Below, in pieces: positions 21,179 through 31,039 of a DNA stretch of 64,000 nucleotides. Under the pieces are notes generated by a model that was not told where the DNA came from, ran no database searches, and worked only from the letters and a program-made list of their open reading frames with translations. Each line of letters begins with the position of its first letter. The first letter of the stretch is position 1. Made by a program: the position numbers and the translations under genes. The stretch covers positions 248,001 through 312,000 of IMG/VR virus record IMGVR_UViG_3300032245_001860, one strand, 5' to 3'.

Positions 21179-21840
21179 TGGGACTTGATCATTCTCCCTT
21201 AATTGTGACTGATGGATTGTCAGTATATCTTGATGCCGGAAACACAAGAAGCTATTCTGGATCTGGCACAACAGTATATGACTTGAGTGGATCTGGAAAC
21301 ACATCTGCGCTAACAAATGGGCCAACATATTCTTCTTCAAATTTAGGTTATTTTGTGTTAGATGGAACAAATGATTATATAAATGTAAATTCTCTCTCAA
21401 ATATTTTATCAAAGACAGCGTACACTAAAATTGCTTATTTTTATGTAACAAGTTTTTCTACTGCCAATAATATTGTTAGTGGTGGAGTTTCAGGCGAACA
21501 TGCATTTTGGTTAGCAGCTTCAAATAGATTGTATGGCGGTCACAATGGTGCATGGACCACTGTAACAGGAGGTACAATTCTTTCTTTGAATACATGGTAT
21601 TTTGGCGCAATATCATATAGTAGTTCAACTGGATGGAAGCTTTACTTAAATGGAAGAGAAGATGCTTCAAGTGCAAATACAACTACTTTCAATGGCAATC
21701 AAGAAATATTGATTGGTGCTTACGGTGCTGGAAATTACTTTACTGGAAGAATATCCAATGTTCAAGTTTACAACAGAGTATTATCCGCTACAGAAATAGT
21801 ACAAAATTACAATGCTACTAAAAAAAGGTATGGGCTTTAA
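21178..21840 (+). CDS. LamG/ConA-like protein, copy 5
   Basis: Same motifs; TAATG overlap. Confidence 0.8.
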   Translation: MGLDHSPLIVTDGLSVYLDAGNTRSYSGSGTTVYDLSGSGNTSALTNGPTYSSSNLGYFVLDGTNDYINVNSLSNILSKTAYTKIAYFYVTSFSTANNIVSGGVSGEHAFWLAASNRLYGGHNGAWTTVTGGTILSLNTWYFGAISYSSSTGWKLYLNGREDASSANTTTFNGNQEILIGAYGAGNYFTGRISNVQVYNRVLSATEIVQNYNATKKRYGL

Positions 21841-22520
21841 TGGGCATTGATTATAATAATGTTATCGTCACTGATGGATTAGCTGTTTATTTAGATGCAG
21901 CAAATTCAAGAAGCTATTCAGGCTCTGGAAATACTTGGTACAATTTAATTTCCGGGGCTATTGGTGGAACTATTGTAGGAGTAGGTTATTCTACTTTAAG
22001 TGGTGGGTATTTTAATTTTACAGGAAGTCAATATATGACTTTTGCTTCTACTCCACCAATAGGACAGTCAACTTTGTCTTCTACTGTTGAAATTATATCT
22101 TACAGGAATTCAGCTGGTCCATTTGAAGTTATGTTAGGAGGTGGCCCATATAGCTTGAATCAAAGTTACTGGTTTGGTCATCGTGCAAATAACAATAATT
22201 TTATGATGGCTCATTGGGCTAATGACTCTGATAGTGCTACCCCAACAACAAATATAGCTTGGAATCAATATGTTGCTGTTTTTGATAATAGTATAGGAAG
22301 AAGAGCTACATATTATAACAGTGCAATCTTGAATAATGAAGCATCTGGTGTGAACAATACATCTAATTCAAGTTATTTTTTAGGAGCATATAGAGAATCA
22401 GGTGGATCTCCTCAATATCATTATAGTGGGAGAATAGCTTCATTGAAAATTTACAATAGAGTTTTATCACAAGCAGAAATCACACAAAATTATAATGCCA
22501 TGAAAGCAAGGTTTAGATAA
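21840..22520 (+). CDS. LamG/ConA-like protein, copy 6
   Basis: Same motifs; TAATG overlap. Confidence 0.8.
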   Translation: MGIDYNNVIVTDGLAVYLDAANSRSYSGSGNTWYNLISGAIGGTIVGVGYSTLSGGYFNFTGSQYMTFASTPPIGQSTLSSTVEIISYRNSAGPFEVMLGGGPYSLNQSYWFGHRANNNNFMMAHWANDSDSATPTTNIAWNQYVAVFDNSIGRRATYYNSAILNNEASGVNNTSNSSYFLGAYRESGGSPQYHYSGRIASLKIYNRVLSQAEITQNYNAMKARFR

Positions 22521-23848
22521 TGGGAATATCTGCTGGACCCAATTCTATTTCTGATACTCTGGCATTTCATATTGATCCAGCTAACCCAAGATCGTATCCA
22601 GGCTCAGGAAATACAATTTATGATTTATCAGGCAATGGAAATACAAGTTTCTTTACCAATGGTGCATTTTACCAGAACTATTCAAAAGGTGCAGTAAATG
22701 TAGATGGAAATGATGACTATATTTCAACTCCTTTGTTCAATCTTACATCTCCAGTCACTGTTTCTGTATGGGTGAAGAATGTAATTAATGATTCTCCTGT
22801 TTTTAGTGCTTCTGGTCCTGGAGTTACCTACGGAAACAATGAGGTTATTCATTATTTTAGTGGTAAAAGCATTCTAATCGCTGGAAATCCTGCTGCTGGA
22901 AAATATTTTCAATTTCCGCAATTGAATTTGAACCAATGGTCTAATTTAGTGATGACCAGAGACGCCAGCAACAATATGTCAGTATATCTAAATGGAATAG
23001 GTTCTACATCAAACACACAATCATATTCTAACACCTTACAAATGAACCAGATAGGAAGATATTCTGCATTTACCAATATATATAATGCAAAAGGCTCAAT
23101 TGGTGAAGTAAAGATTTATAATCGTGCTTTATCAGCTTCAGAAGTTTTGCAAAATTATAATGCTTCCATAAAAAGATATTCACCAGAAGAAAATATTGTT
23201 ACTAATGGGTTAGTACTTAATTTAGACGCTGCAAATTATCTTTCTTATGCTGGTTCTGGAAATACAGCATTTGATTTGAGTGGTTTTGGAAATACTGCAA
23301 CTCTGGTTAATGGCACTGGATTTACTGGAACAAATGGTGGAACGTTTCTTTTCGATGCTACTAATGATTATATTAGTATAGGCACTGCTTCTTCTGTAAA
23401 ACCAACACAATTAACTTTTGCATGTTTATTTAAAATAAATGCAATAACATCGGTCAATGTAATAGCTGGAAAGCAAGGTGTTGGTAATGGTGCTGCATCT
23501 TACGCTTTAGTAGTACAAAATGGACAATTACATTTCAGGATAAGTAATTCAAGTGGCACAGAATACAATGCGTCAACTGCTTTTTCAAATACATCAAGTT
23601 ATAATTATGCAGTTGGGGCTTATGATGGTTCAAATTTAATACTTTATCTCAATGGGGCATCTGTAGGTGGTTCTTCCGTAGCTATTTCAATTGCATATTC
23701 TGACTCATATCCTTTGTTAATGGGTTATTATGCCAACTCGATTGCTACTAATATGAGTATTGGTTCTTTAAAACTATACAATCGAGTTTTATCTGCCCAA
23801 GAAATTCAACAAAACTTTAATGCTTTACGTGAGCGGTATAACATTTAA
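22520..23848 (+). CDS. LamG/ConA-like protein, copy 7 (two fused domains)
   Basis: Two complete units joined at QNYNASIKRYSPEENIVTNGLVLNLDAAN. Confidence 0.8.
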   Translation: MGISAGPNSISDTLAFHIDPANPRSYPGSGNTIYDLSGNGNTSFFTNGAFYQNYSKGAVNVDGNDDYISTPLFNLTSPVTVSVWVKNVINDSPVFSASGPGVTYGNNEVIHYFSGKSILIAGNPAAGKYFQFPQLNLNQWSNLVMTRDASNNMSVYLNGIGSTSNTQSYSNTLQMNQIGRYSAFTNIYNAKGSIGEVKIYNRALSASEVLQNYNASIKRYSPEENIVTNGLVLNLDAANYLSYAGSGNTAFDLSGFGNTATLVNGTGFTGTNGGTFLFDATNDYISIGTASSVKPTQLTFACLFKINAITSVNVIAGKQGVGNGAASYALVVQNGQLHFRISNSSGTEYNASTAFSNTSSYNYAVGAYDGSNLILYLNGASVGGSSVAISIAYSDSYPLLMGYYANSIATNMSIGSLKLYNRVLSAQEIQQNFNALRERYNI

Positions 23849-23850
23849 TT

Positions 23851-24537
23851 ATGGGACTTGCACATTCTCCAGCTGTAATTGTCGATGGTTTAGTATTGTA
23901 TCTTGATGCATCCAATTCAAGGAGCTACTCTGGATCTGGACTTACTGTAAATGGGTTGGTTAGCGGTATTGGTGGATCTCTTATAAATGGGGTTGGATTT
24001 ACAAGCTCAAATAGTGGAAGTTTTGTTTTTGATGGCACTAATGATGGTATGTATTTCTCTACATATAATTTTTCAACTGGTGATTTTACTATGGAAGTTT
24101 GGTTGAAATTGAATGCATATCCACCTACTGCCAATTCAGCTATTATAGCTAATAGAAACGGCACAACTGACGATGGATGGCTTTTTGATATAAATAGTAA
24201 CCAAAAAGCCAGATTAGTTTTTCAAAATAATGCTGGCACTGTTTACACTATTGAAACTTTAGATATTATAAATTTGAATCAATGGACAAATCTCACTGCT
24301 ATAAGATCAAATACTTCCTTATCATTTTACAGAAATAGTATATTTCAAGCAAGTACATCCTTTCCGTCAAACTACAATATTAATTCGCCAATATCAAATG
24401 ATTATGTAGGTAGATATCAAAGTTCAAGTGGTTTTTTGAGTGGAAATATATCGAAAATACAATACTACAACAGAGCCTTATCATCCACAGAAGTCCTCCA
24501 AAATTATAACACTACAAGAAAGAGATTTGGATTGTAA
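23851..24537 (+). CDS. LamG/ConA-like protein, copy 8
   Basis: Same motifs; 2-nt gap from previous stop. Confidence 0.8.
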   Translation: MGLAHSPAVIVDGLVLYLDASNSRSYSGSGLTVNGLVSGIGGSLINGVGFTSSNSGSFVFDGTNDGMYFSTYNFSTGDFTMEVWLKLNAYPPTANSAIIANRNGTTDDGWLFDINSNQKARLVFQNNAGTVYTIETLDIINLNQWTNLTAIRSNTSLSFYRNSIFQASTSFPSNYNINSPISNDYVGRYQSSSGFLSGNISKIQYYNRALSSTEVLQNYNTTRKRFGL

Positions 24538-25250
24538 TGGCAGTAGGATATAACCCAAGCATTGTATCAGATGGATTAGCTTTGTATATAGATGCTGCTA
24601 ATCAAAGAAGTTATTCTGGATCTGGAAATACTTGGTACGACCTTTCTGCAAATTTAAACCATGCACAAAAAATTAATTCTCCAAATTACATAAATAATGC
24701 TGGAATTGGTTTTACATTTGATGGAAATGGAACTAATTATTTTGATCTTGATAGTAAGTCATCCTTAGTAAATGGCAATGCAGGAACTGTTGGTGGATGG
24801 GTTAGATTTAATTCTGCCCCAAATAATGCCAACTATGTTTTTGTCAGTTATGGTGGAAATGCATATGGCGGAGGTTTTTTGCTTATATATACAGGATTAG
24901 ATGGTGCAAATAGAGGACTTACATTTCAAGCTTTTGGTGGAAGTATAAGTCCTTCGGTTGATTGCGGTATTAGCTATGCTGCATCATCAATATACGCTGG
25001 ACAAGACATTCATATGGTTGCAACTTGGACCACATCTGAAGTCAAACTTTATTTAAACGGACAGCTCAAAGCTACAGCTGCAAACAATGCTGCAATTCCT
25101 TCAAAATCTACATTGAGAATAAGTAGTGAAGGCGGTAGATCAAGAGGTGTTAATGGCAACGTATACACTTGCTCAATCTACAATCGTGCCCTTTCACAAC
25201 AAGAAATTCTCCAAAATTTCAATGCTACAAGATTTAGATATGGAATATAA
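24537..25250 (+). CDS. LamG/ConA-like protein, copy 9
   Basis: Same motifs; TAATG overlap. Confidence 0.8.
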   Translation: MAVGYNPSIVSDGLALYIDAANQRSYSGSGNTWYDLSANLNHAQKINSPNYINNAGIGFTFDGNGTNYFDLDSKSSLVNGNAGTVGGWVRFNSAPNNANYVFVSYGGNAYGGGFLLIYTGLDGANRGLTFQAFGGSISPSVDCGISYAASSIYAGQDIHMVATWTTSEVKLYLNGQLKATAANNAAIPSKSTLRISSEGGRSRGVNGNVYTCSIYNRALSQQEILQNFNATRFRYGI

Positions 25251-25334
25251 GACATTTTACATTCCATGAAGAAATATTTTATAACACAAATAGCGAATAA
25301 ATAAGAGAAAAGAAAAAATTCTTTAGGTTTCTTT

Positions 25335-26093
25335 ATGGCAGCACTTAATTTCCCAACATCCCCAGTAACAAATCAGATTTACACAGCTAATGGTAAATCT
25401 TGGAGATGGGACGGCACTGCATGGAAAACCTATAATACCCTAAGCATTTCAGGAGGAGGAACTGGACTAACATCTATAACCACCGGAAATGCTTTTTTAT
25501 CCTCTAATTCAGCAGGTACAGCTCTTACATATAGAACATTTACAGCTGGATCTGGAATGCAAATTACTATATCTGCTAATGATGTTACTTTTGCAGCAAC
25601 AGGAGTAACAGCAGGAACAGTAACAGGAACAGGTACCTCAGGATATGTACCTGTTTGGACAGCTTCAGGAACAGCACTTACTAATTCGCTTATAAATCAA
25701 GTTGGATCTGTCGTTAATGTAAATGGATCTATTAAAGCAGTAACTAAAAGCTTTAAGATTGATCACCCATTAGACCCAAAAAATAAATATCTGGAGCATG
25801 GATCCCTTGAAGGACCAGAACATGGAGTTTATCAAAGGGGAACAGCATCAGGCTACAAAGAAGTGGAAGTTCTAATGCCTGATTACTTCGTTGCACTATG
25901 CGAAGACAATTATTCAATCCAAATCACATCAAGAATCAATGCACACCTTTACGTTTCTCAAAGTAACAAAAATGGTTTTAAAGTGAAAAGGATTGGAGGG
26001 TTAATTTTCAGTAATCAATATATTGAGTTCGATTATTTTATTGTTGGAGAAAGAAAAGACGTAAAAATTGAACTAATACAATCTAAAAAGTAG
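25335..26093 (+). CDS. short fibre protein with C-terminal KSF-IDHP/LEGPE domain
   Basis: LNFPTSP...WDGTAW N-terminus; KSFKIDHP...HGSLEGPEHGVYQRG. Confidence 0.7.
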   Translation: MAALNFPTSPVTNQIYTANGKSWRWDGTAWKTYNTLSISGGGTGLTSITTGNAFLSSNSAGTALTYRTFTAGSGMQITISANDVTFAATGVTAGTVTGTGTSGYVPVWTASGTALTNSLINQVGSVVNVNGSIKAVTKSFKIDHPLDPKNKYLEHGSLEGPEHGVYQRGTASGYKEVEVLMPDYFVALCEDNYSIQITSRINAHLYVSQSNKNGFKVKRIGGLIFSNQYIEFDYFIVGERKDVKIELIQSKK

Positions 26094-26108
26094 TTTAGGG
26101 GCAAAGTT

Positions 26109-29100
26109 ATGGCAAACGAACCGGAAAATTTCGCAGATAAAGTTATCAATTCATTGATAAAACAATCAAAAGCAGTAGATTTAACTGCTGAAGAAGTGGC
26201 TGCTCAATCAGCAGATCCAGTACCTTCTGGAGATTTTGTTGCTTATGGAGCCCCGTCTGGAGGCGGTACAGGCCCAGGTGCAGGTGGTAATAAAGATATT
26301 GTTATCATTCCAGGCTATACTGGAACTGCTGCAACTTCTGTATCTCAAATTAACTTTTATTGGTCTGCTCCCAATACACCAGATGCCACTGGTGTTGATA
26401 ACAATATCCGTGCTACTATCTATAACTTTGCCACTAACCCTGGATCAGGTGTAACAAGATCTGTATTAGCATTTGGTGGATACGACGGAGCAAATCAATA
26501 TAAACCAACACCTACGTATGGTGGTGGTACTGGTATCACATCTAAAATCTTTATTGATCCATTTTTAGGTAAAATTGATACTGATTTTATTGGATTCAAT
26601 AGCACTGGTGTAGCATCAACAACTGATGTAGGTACCATGTCTTACGATACCACTCAAAATAGAATTAGAGTTGGTACTGGAGCTGGATCTGCAAAAACAG
26701 TTGCTTACACAGATGATGTGTCATCAGTAGCTGGTTTAGCTACTACAGCTCAAAATGTAAATATTGTCACTACTAATACTGGCACATTCTATCCACTATT
26801 TACAAGTTCTTCGACAACTGCTTCGGGAGCAGCAGTCTCTATAGATGGTACTGATATTTCCTATAACGCTGCAACTAATGTACTTACTGCTGGTCAATTC
26901 AGTGGACTTCACACTGGTGCTGCTGCTACATTTACAAATATTTATGGTCCATTAACTGGTACCGCAACAACTGCACAAAATGTTTTTGTAACTAACCAAA
27001 CTACTGGTACCTTCTATCCTGCATTATCAGTTTCTTCTGCCACAGCTAACGGCATAGCATTAGGTGTTGACGCAAATCTTTCTTTTGATGCTGCCACTAA
27101 TGTTCTTACTGCAGGTCAATTTAGTGGCTTAGCTACAGGAGCTGCTGCTACATTTACAAATATTTATGGTGCATTGACTGGTATAGCTACAACTGCTGGT
27201 TTGGCTACAACATCACAAAACGTAAATATTGTTACTGCTGCTACTGGTACATTCTATCCTTTATTTACCAGTGCATCCACAACTGCATCTGGTGTTGCAG
27301 TATCTATCGATGGTACTGATGTTTCTTATAACTTTGCAACTAACACATTTACTGCTGGTACTTTCTCTGGAAACTTATCTGCTACTGCTGCTACCGCTAC
27401 AAACTTCTTTGGCACACTAACAGGGAACGTTACTGGTACAGCAACAACAGCTCAAAATGTCAATGTAGTATCTGGTGCAACTGGTACATTCTATCCATTA
27501 TTTACAAGTGCTTCAGCAACTGCATCAGGTGTAGCAGTATCGATCAACAGTACAAATATATCTTACAATTTTGCTACAAATACACTTACAGCTGGTACTT
27601 TCTCTGGAAACTTGTCAGCAACAGCTGCAACCGCTACTAACTTCTATGGTACTCTCACAGGCAATGTAACAGGTACAGCTACAACATCACAAAATGTATA
27701 TGTTACAGCACAAACTACTGGAACATTCTATCCAACATTCTCTGTATCTTCATCAACAGCAAATGGAATTGCTCTTGGAGTAGATGCTCAACTTTCATTT
27801 GATGCTGCTACAAATACCTTAACATCTGGCAAATTTGATGGTTTGCATTCAGGTTCTGCTGCAACATTCACAAATATTTATGGAACTCTCACAGGAAATG
27901 TAACTGGTACTGCTACTACTGCACTTAATTTATCTTTACAATCCACTTCACAAAATGCAAGCCATTTAGTGCCATTTACCTTAAACTCAGCTACATCAGG
28001 AAGTGCGTTATCTACAAACGCTGGTTTCTCTTATAACCCAAATACTGGAGTATTAACTGTTGGAACTGTCACTGGTACTATCTCTGGTATTGCTTCAACT
28101 TCTGCAAGTGCATTAGTTGCAGCTGCAGCGTCTAATAGTACTCATGCAGTTATATTTAGCACTCCTACAACATCAACTGGTCAAGCTGGTGTAGCTTTAT
28201 CATCAAGCTCTAATATAACTTACAATCCTTCTGGCAATGGAACTTTCTCATTAGGTTCAGGTCAGGCCACAATTAATGGTCTTACATTAGGCGCAACATC
28301 TAATACAATAACTACTTCTTCAGGCAACTTGACTCTTAATGCAAGTGGTGGGACTGTCGTTATTGCTGCTAACTTAAATGTCCAAGGTACTGCAACATAT
28401 ATTGATTCAACAACTCAAACCATAACTGATCCTGTTATAGTACTTGGTTCTGGTGCAGGTGGTACTCATACCAATGTAACAGATACTGTAGATAGAGGTG
28501 TTGAGTTTAGAAGATTCTCAGGATCCGCAATCACTGGATTCTTTGGTCAATCTAATGCTTCTGGTAGATTTACATTCATTCCGAATGCAAATGTGACAGC
28601 TGCAAATACATACACTGGTTCTGTTGGTGTAATAGAAGCCAACTTAACTGGTACTGCTGTTACTGCGACTAACTTCTTTGGTCCTTTAGTTGGAAATGCA
28701 GCTTCTGCTACAACTGCAGGTTTAGCTACAACAGCTCAAAATCTTAATATCGTAGCAACTACAACTGGAACACTTTATCCTTTATTTGCAAGTGTTTCAA
28801 CTACTGCATCTGGTGTAGCAGTTTCTGTAGATGGAACTGATATTTCCTATAACGCAGCCACCAATACTCTTACAGCTGGTCAGTTCAGTGGACTTCATAC
28901 TGGTACTGCAGCTACGTTCACTAATATCTATGGTCCTTTGACAGGAACTGCAACTACAGCTCAAAATGCTTATGTAACAGCTCAAACAACAGGTACATAC
29001 TACCCTGTATTTACCAACACTTCTTCAACCACCAATGGTGTTGTATTAAGTGTTGAATCAACACTTACATGGGATGCAGCTACCAATACTCTTACTTCTG

Positions 29101-30776
29101 GCAAGTTCAGCGGATTGGCATCTGGTACTGCTGCAACATTTACAAACTTCTACGGAACACTTAATGGTAGCATGACAGGTACAGCTACCACTTCACAAAA
29201 TGTAAATATAGTAACTACCAACACTGGTACATTCTATCCATTATTTACAAGTTCTTCAACCACTGCATCCGGCGTTGCGGTATCTATAGATGGTACTGAT
29301 ATTTCCTACAATGCAGCTACTAACGTACTTACAGCTGGACAATTTAGTGGATTAGCTACTGGTACTGCAGCTACGTTTACAAATATTTATGGCACTCTCA
29401 CAGGTAATGTCACTGGTACTTCTACAACTTCCCAAAATGTAAATATAGTAACTGCTGCTACTGGTACATTCTACCCATTGTTTACAAGCGCATCAACAAC
29501 AGCTTCTGGTGTTGCTGTGTCTATCGATGGTACTGATGTTTCCTACAACTTTGCTACCAATACATTTACTGCAGGTACTTTCTCTGGAAACTTATCTGCT
29601 ACTGCAGCAACTGCTACTAACTTCTTTGGAACATTTAATGGAAGTTTAGCAGGATCAGCTACTACATCCCAAAATGTAAATATTGTCACTACAAACACTG
29701 GTACTTTCTATCCGTTGTTTACAAGTGCATCTACCACTGCATCTGGTGTAGCTGTATCTATTGATGGTACTGATATTTCCTATAATGCAGCAACCAACGT
29801 TCTTACAGCTGGTCAATTTAGTGGATTACATACAGGTACTGCGTTCACAGCTACTACATCTTTCTACGGACCATTGGCAGGTACTGCAACAACAGCACAA
29901 AATGTATTTGTAACTAACCAAACAACTGGTACCTTCTACCCAACCTTGTCTGTATCTTCTGCTACAGCAAATGGTATAGCCCTTGGAGTAGATGCTAACC
30001 TTTCATTTGATGCAGCTACTAATGTACTTACTGCTGGTCAGTTCAGTGGTTTAGCTACAGGAACTGCTGCAACATTTACTAATATTTATGGAACATTGGT
30101 AGGTACAGCAACAAGTGCAGCTAACTTGAATGTTGTAGCTGCTGCATCTGCTGGTGCACATTACCTTCTTATGTCACCAACAGCATCAGGTTCTGGTATT
30201 GCAGTATCTACTGATGCACAATTATCTTACGTTCCAAGTACAGATACTCTTACAGTTTCAAATATCAACAATACAACTGTTACTGCAGCTGCTGATTTAT
30301 CAGCAGGAACATATTTGACAATCAAAACTACTTCTGGTGATGACAACTCAACTACAGACTTCTTTATCAGAGGTATAACATCTGGATCTGTATCCAAGTT
30401 CTCTGTTGATGCAAATGGTAACTTGAGAGCTACAACCAAAAGCTTTGATATTGAGCACCCAACTAAGCCAGGCATGAGACTTGTATATGGTGTTCTTGAA
30501 GGCCCAGAGCATGGCGTATATCATAGAGGTACTGTTGAAGGTAAGGGTGAATTAAAGGTTATGCTCCCAGAATATTGGAGCAAGCTTGTTTGCCCAGATT
30601 ATTCAGTCCAACTTACTCCATGGGGCAACTATAGTGTTCATATCGTTGAAAAGTCAACAGAATACTTTACAATTAAGCTTAATGGCAATGCTATAGCAAG
30701 AGCTATTAAGAATATCAAGGTTGACTATATAGTACATGGTTCGAGATTGGATGCACCATTAGAAACAGAACAATAA
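26109..30776 (+). CDS. giant repeat fibre protein (1555 aa)
   Basis: About 14 tandem repeats of roughly 75 aa; C-terminal KSFDIEHP...GVLEGPEHGVYHRG. Confidence 0.8.
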   Translation: MANEPENFADKVINSLIKQSKAVDLTAEEVAAQSADPVPSGDFVAYGAPSGGGTGPGAGGNKDIVIIPGYTGTAATSVSQINFYWSAPNTPDATGVDNNIRATIYNFATNPGSGVTRSVLAFGGYDGANQYKPTPTYGGGTGITSKIFIDPFLGKIDTDFIGFNSTGVASTTDVGTMSYDTTQNRIRVGTGAGSAKTVAYTDDVSSVAGLATTAQNVNIVTTNTGTFYPLFTSSSTTASGAAVSIDGTDISYNAATNVLTAGQFSGLHTGAAATFTNIYGPLTGTATTAQNVFVTNQTTGTFYPALSVSSATANGIALGVDANLSFDAATNVLTAGQFSGLATGAAATFTNIYGALTGIATTAGLATTSQNVNIVTAATGTFYPLFTSASTTASGVAVSIDGTDVSYNFATNTFTAGTFSGNLSATAATATNFFGTLTGNVTGTATTAQNVNVVSGATGTFYPLFTSASATASGVAVSINSTNISYNFATNTLTAGTFSGNLSATAATATNFYGTLTGNVTGTATTSQNVYVTAQTTGTFYPTFSVSSSTANGIALGVDAQLSFDAATNTLTSGKFDGLHSGSAATFTNIYGTLTGNVTGTATTALNLSLQSTSQNASHLVPFTLNSATSGSALSTNAGFSYNPNTGVLTVGTVTGTISGIASTSASALVAAAASNSTHAVIFSTPTTSTGQAGVALSSSSNITYNPSGNGTFSLGSGQATINGLTLGATSNTITTSSGNLTLNASGGTVVIAANLNVQGTATYIDSTTQTITDPVIVLGSGAGGTHTNVTDTVDRGVEFRRFSGSAITGFFGQSNASGRFTFIPNANVTAANTYTGSVGVIEANLTGTAVTATNFFGPLVGNAASATTAGLATTAQNLNIVATTTGTLYPLFASVSTTASGVAVSVDGTDISYNAATNTLTAGQFSGLHTGTAATFTNIYGPLTGTATTAQNAYVTAQTTGTYYPVFTNTSSTTNGVVLSVESTLTWDAATNTLTSGKFSGLASGTAATFTNFYGTLNGSMTGTATTSQNVNIVTTNTGTFYPLFTSSSTTASGVAVSIDGTDISYNAATNVLTAGQFSGLATGTAATFTNIYGTLTGNVTGTSTTSQNVNIVTAATGTFYPLFTSASTTASGVAVSIDGTDVSYNFATNTFTAGTFSGNLSATAATATNFFGTFNGSLAGSATTSQNVNIVTTNTGTFYPLFTSASTTASGVAVSIDGTDISYNAATNVLTAGQFSGLHTGTAFTATTSFYGPLAGTATTAQNVFVTNQTTGTFYPTLSVSSATANGIALGVDANLSFDAATNVLTAGQFSGLATGTAATFTNIYGTLVGTATSAANLNVVAAASAGAHYLLMSPTASGSGIAVSTDAQLSYVPSTDTLTVSNINNTTVTAAADLSAGTYLTIKTTSGDDNSTTDFFIRGITSGSVSKFSVDANGNLRATTKSFDIEHPTKPGMRLVYGVLEGPEHGVYHRGTVEGKGELKVMLPEYWSKLVCPDYSVQLTPWGNYSVHIVEKSTEYFTIKLNGNAIARAIKNIKVDYIVHGSRLDAPLETEQ
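26736..30255 (+). repeat. intragenic tandem repeat, unit about 225-240 bp (TTxQNVxxxxxxTGTFYP...SGVAVSxD...ATNxLTAGxFSG...TNxYGxL)
   Basis: 11 canonical units (5 + 6, either side of a non-repeat insert) plus about 3 His-containing variants, counted by eye in the translation. Confidence 0.85.
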
Positions 30777-31033
30777 TGCATAAATTCAGAATTTATTTGC
30801 CAACAAATAAAAATGCAGCTTGGCTTGTAATTGAGGAAGGAAATATAAATATTGAAGCTGGAATCAGATTCATATACAACTTCCTCGATTACAACGAGCA
30901 AACTCTTGACCGAAATTTATTTATAATTAACGGTGATGATTTTGCAGCAATAGGACGAAGTGGTAAAGATACAAGAATTGCAATATTAGAGTTATTGATG
31001 GAAACCACTGGTGCAATTTTAGTGAAGGAATAA
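30776..31033 (+). CDS. small hypothetical protein between fibre genes (possible assembly factor)
   Basis: 85 aa, TAATG-coupled to the upstream fibre; function inferred from position only. Confidence 0.6.
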   Translation: MHKFRIYLPTNKNAAWLVIEEGNINIEAGIRFIYNFLDYNEQTLDRNLFIINGDDFAAIGRSGKDTRIAILELLMETTGAILVKE

Positions 31034-31039
31034 TATTAG

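Noticed and set aside
18416-25250. Diversity-generating retroelement or shufflon acting on the lectin array
   Set aside because: No reverse transcriptase, invertase, inverted cassettes or adenine-specific near-identical repeat pair seen in this window
26736-30255. CRISPR array or assembly artefact
   Set aside because: Repeats are in-frame coding units of about 230 bp with heavy synonymous divergence and no repeat-spacer pattern
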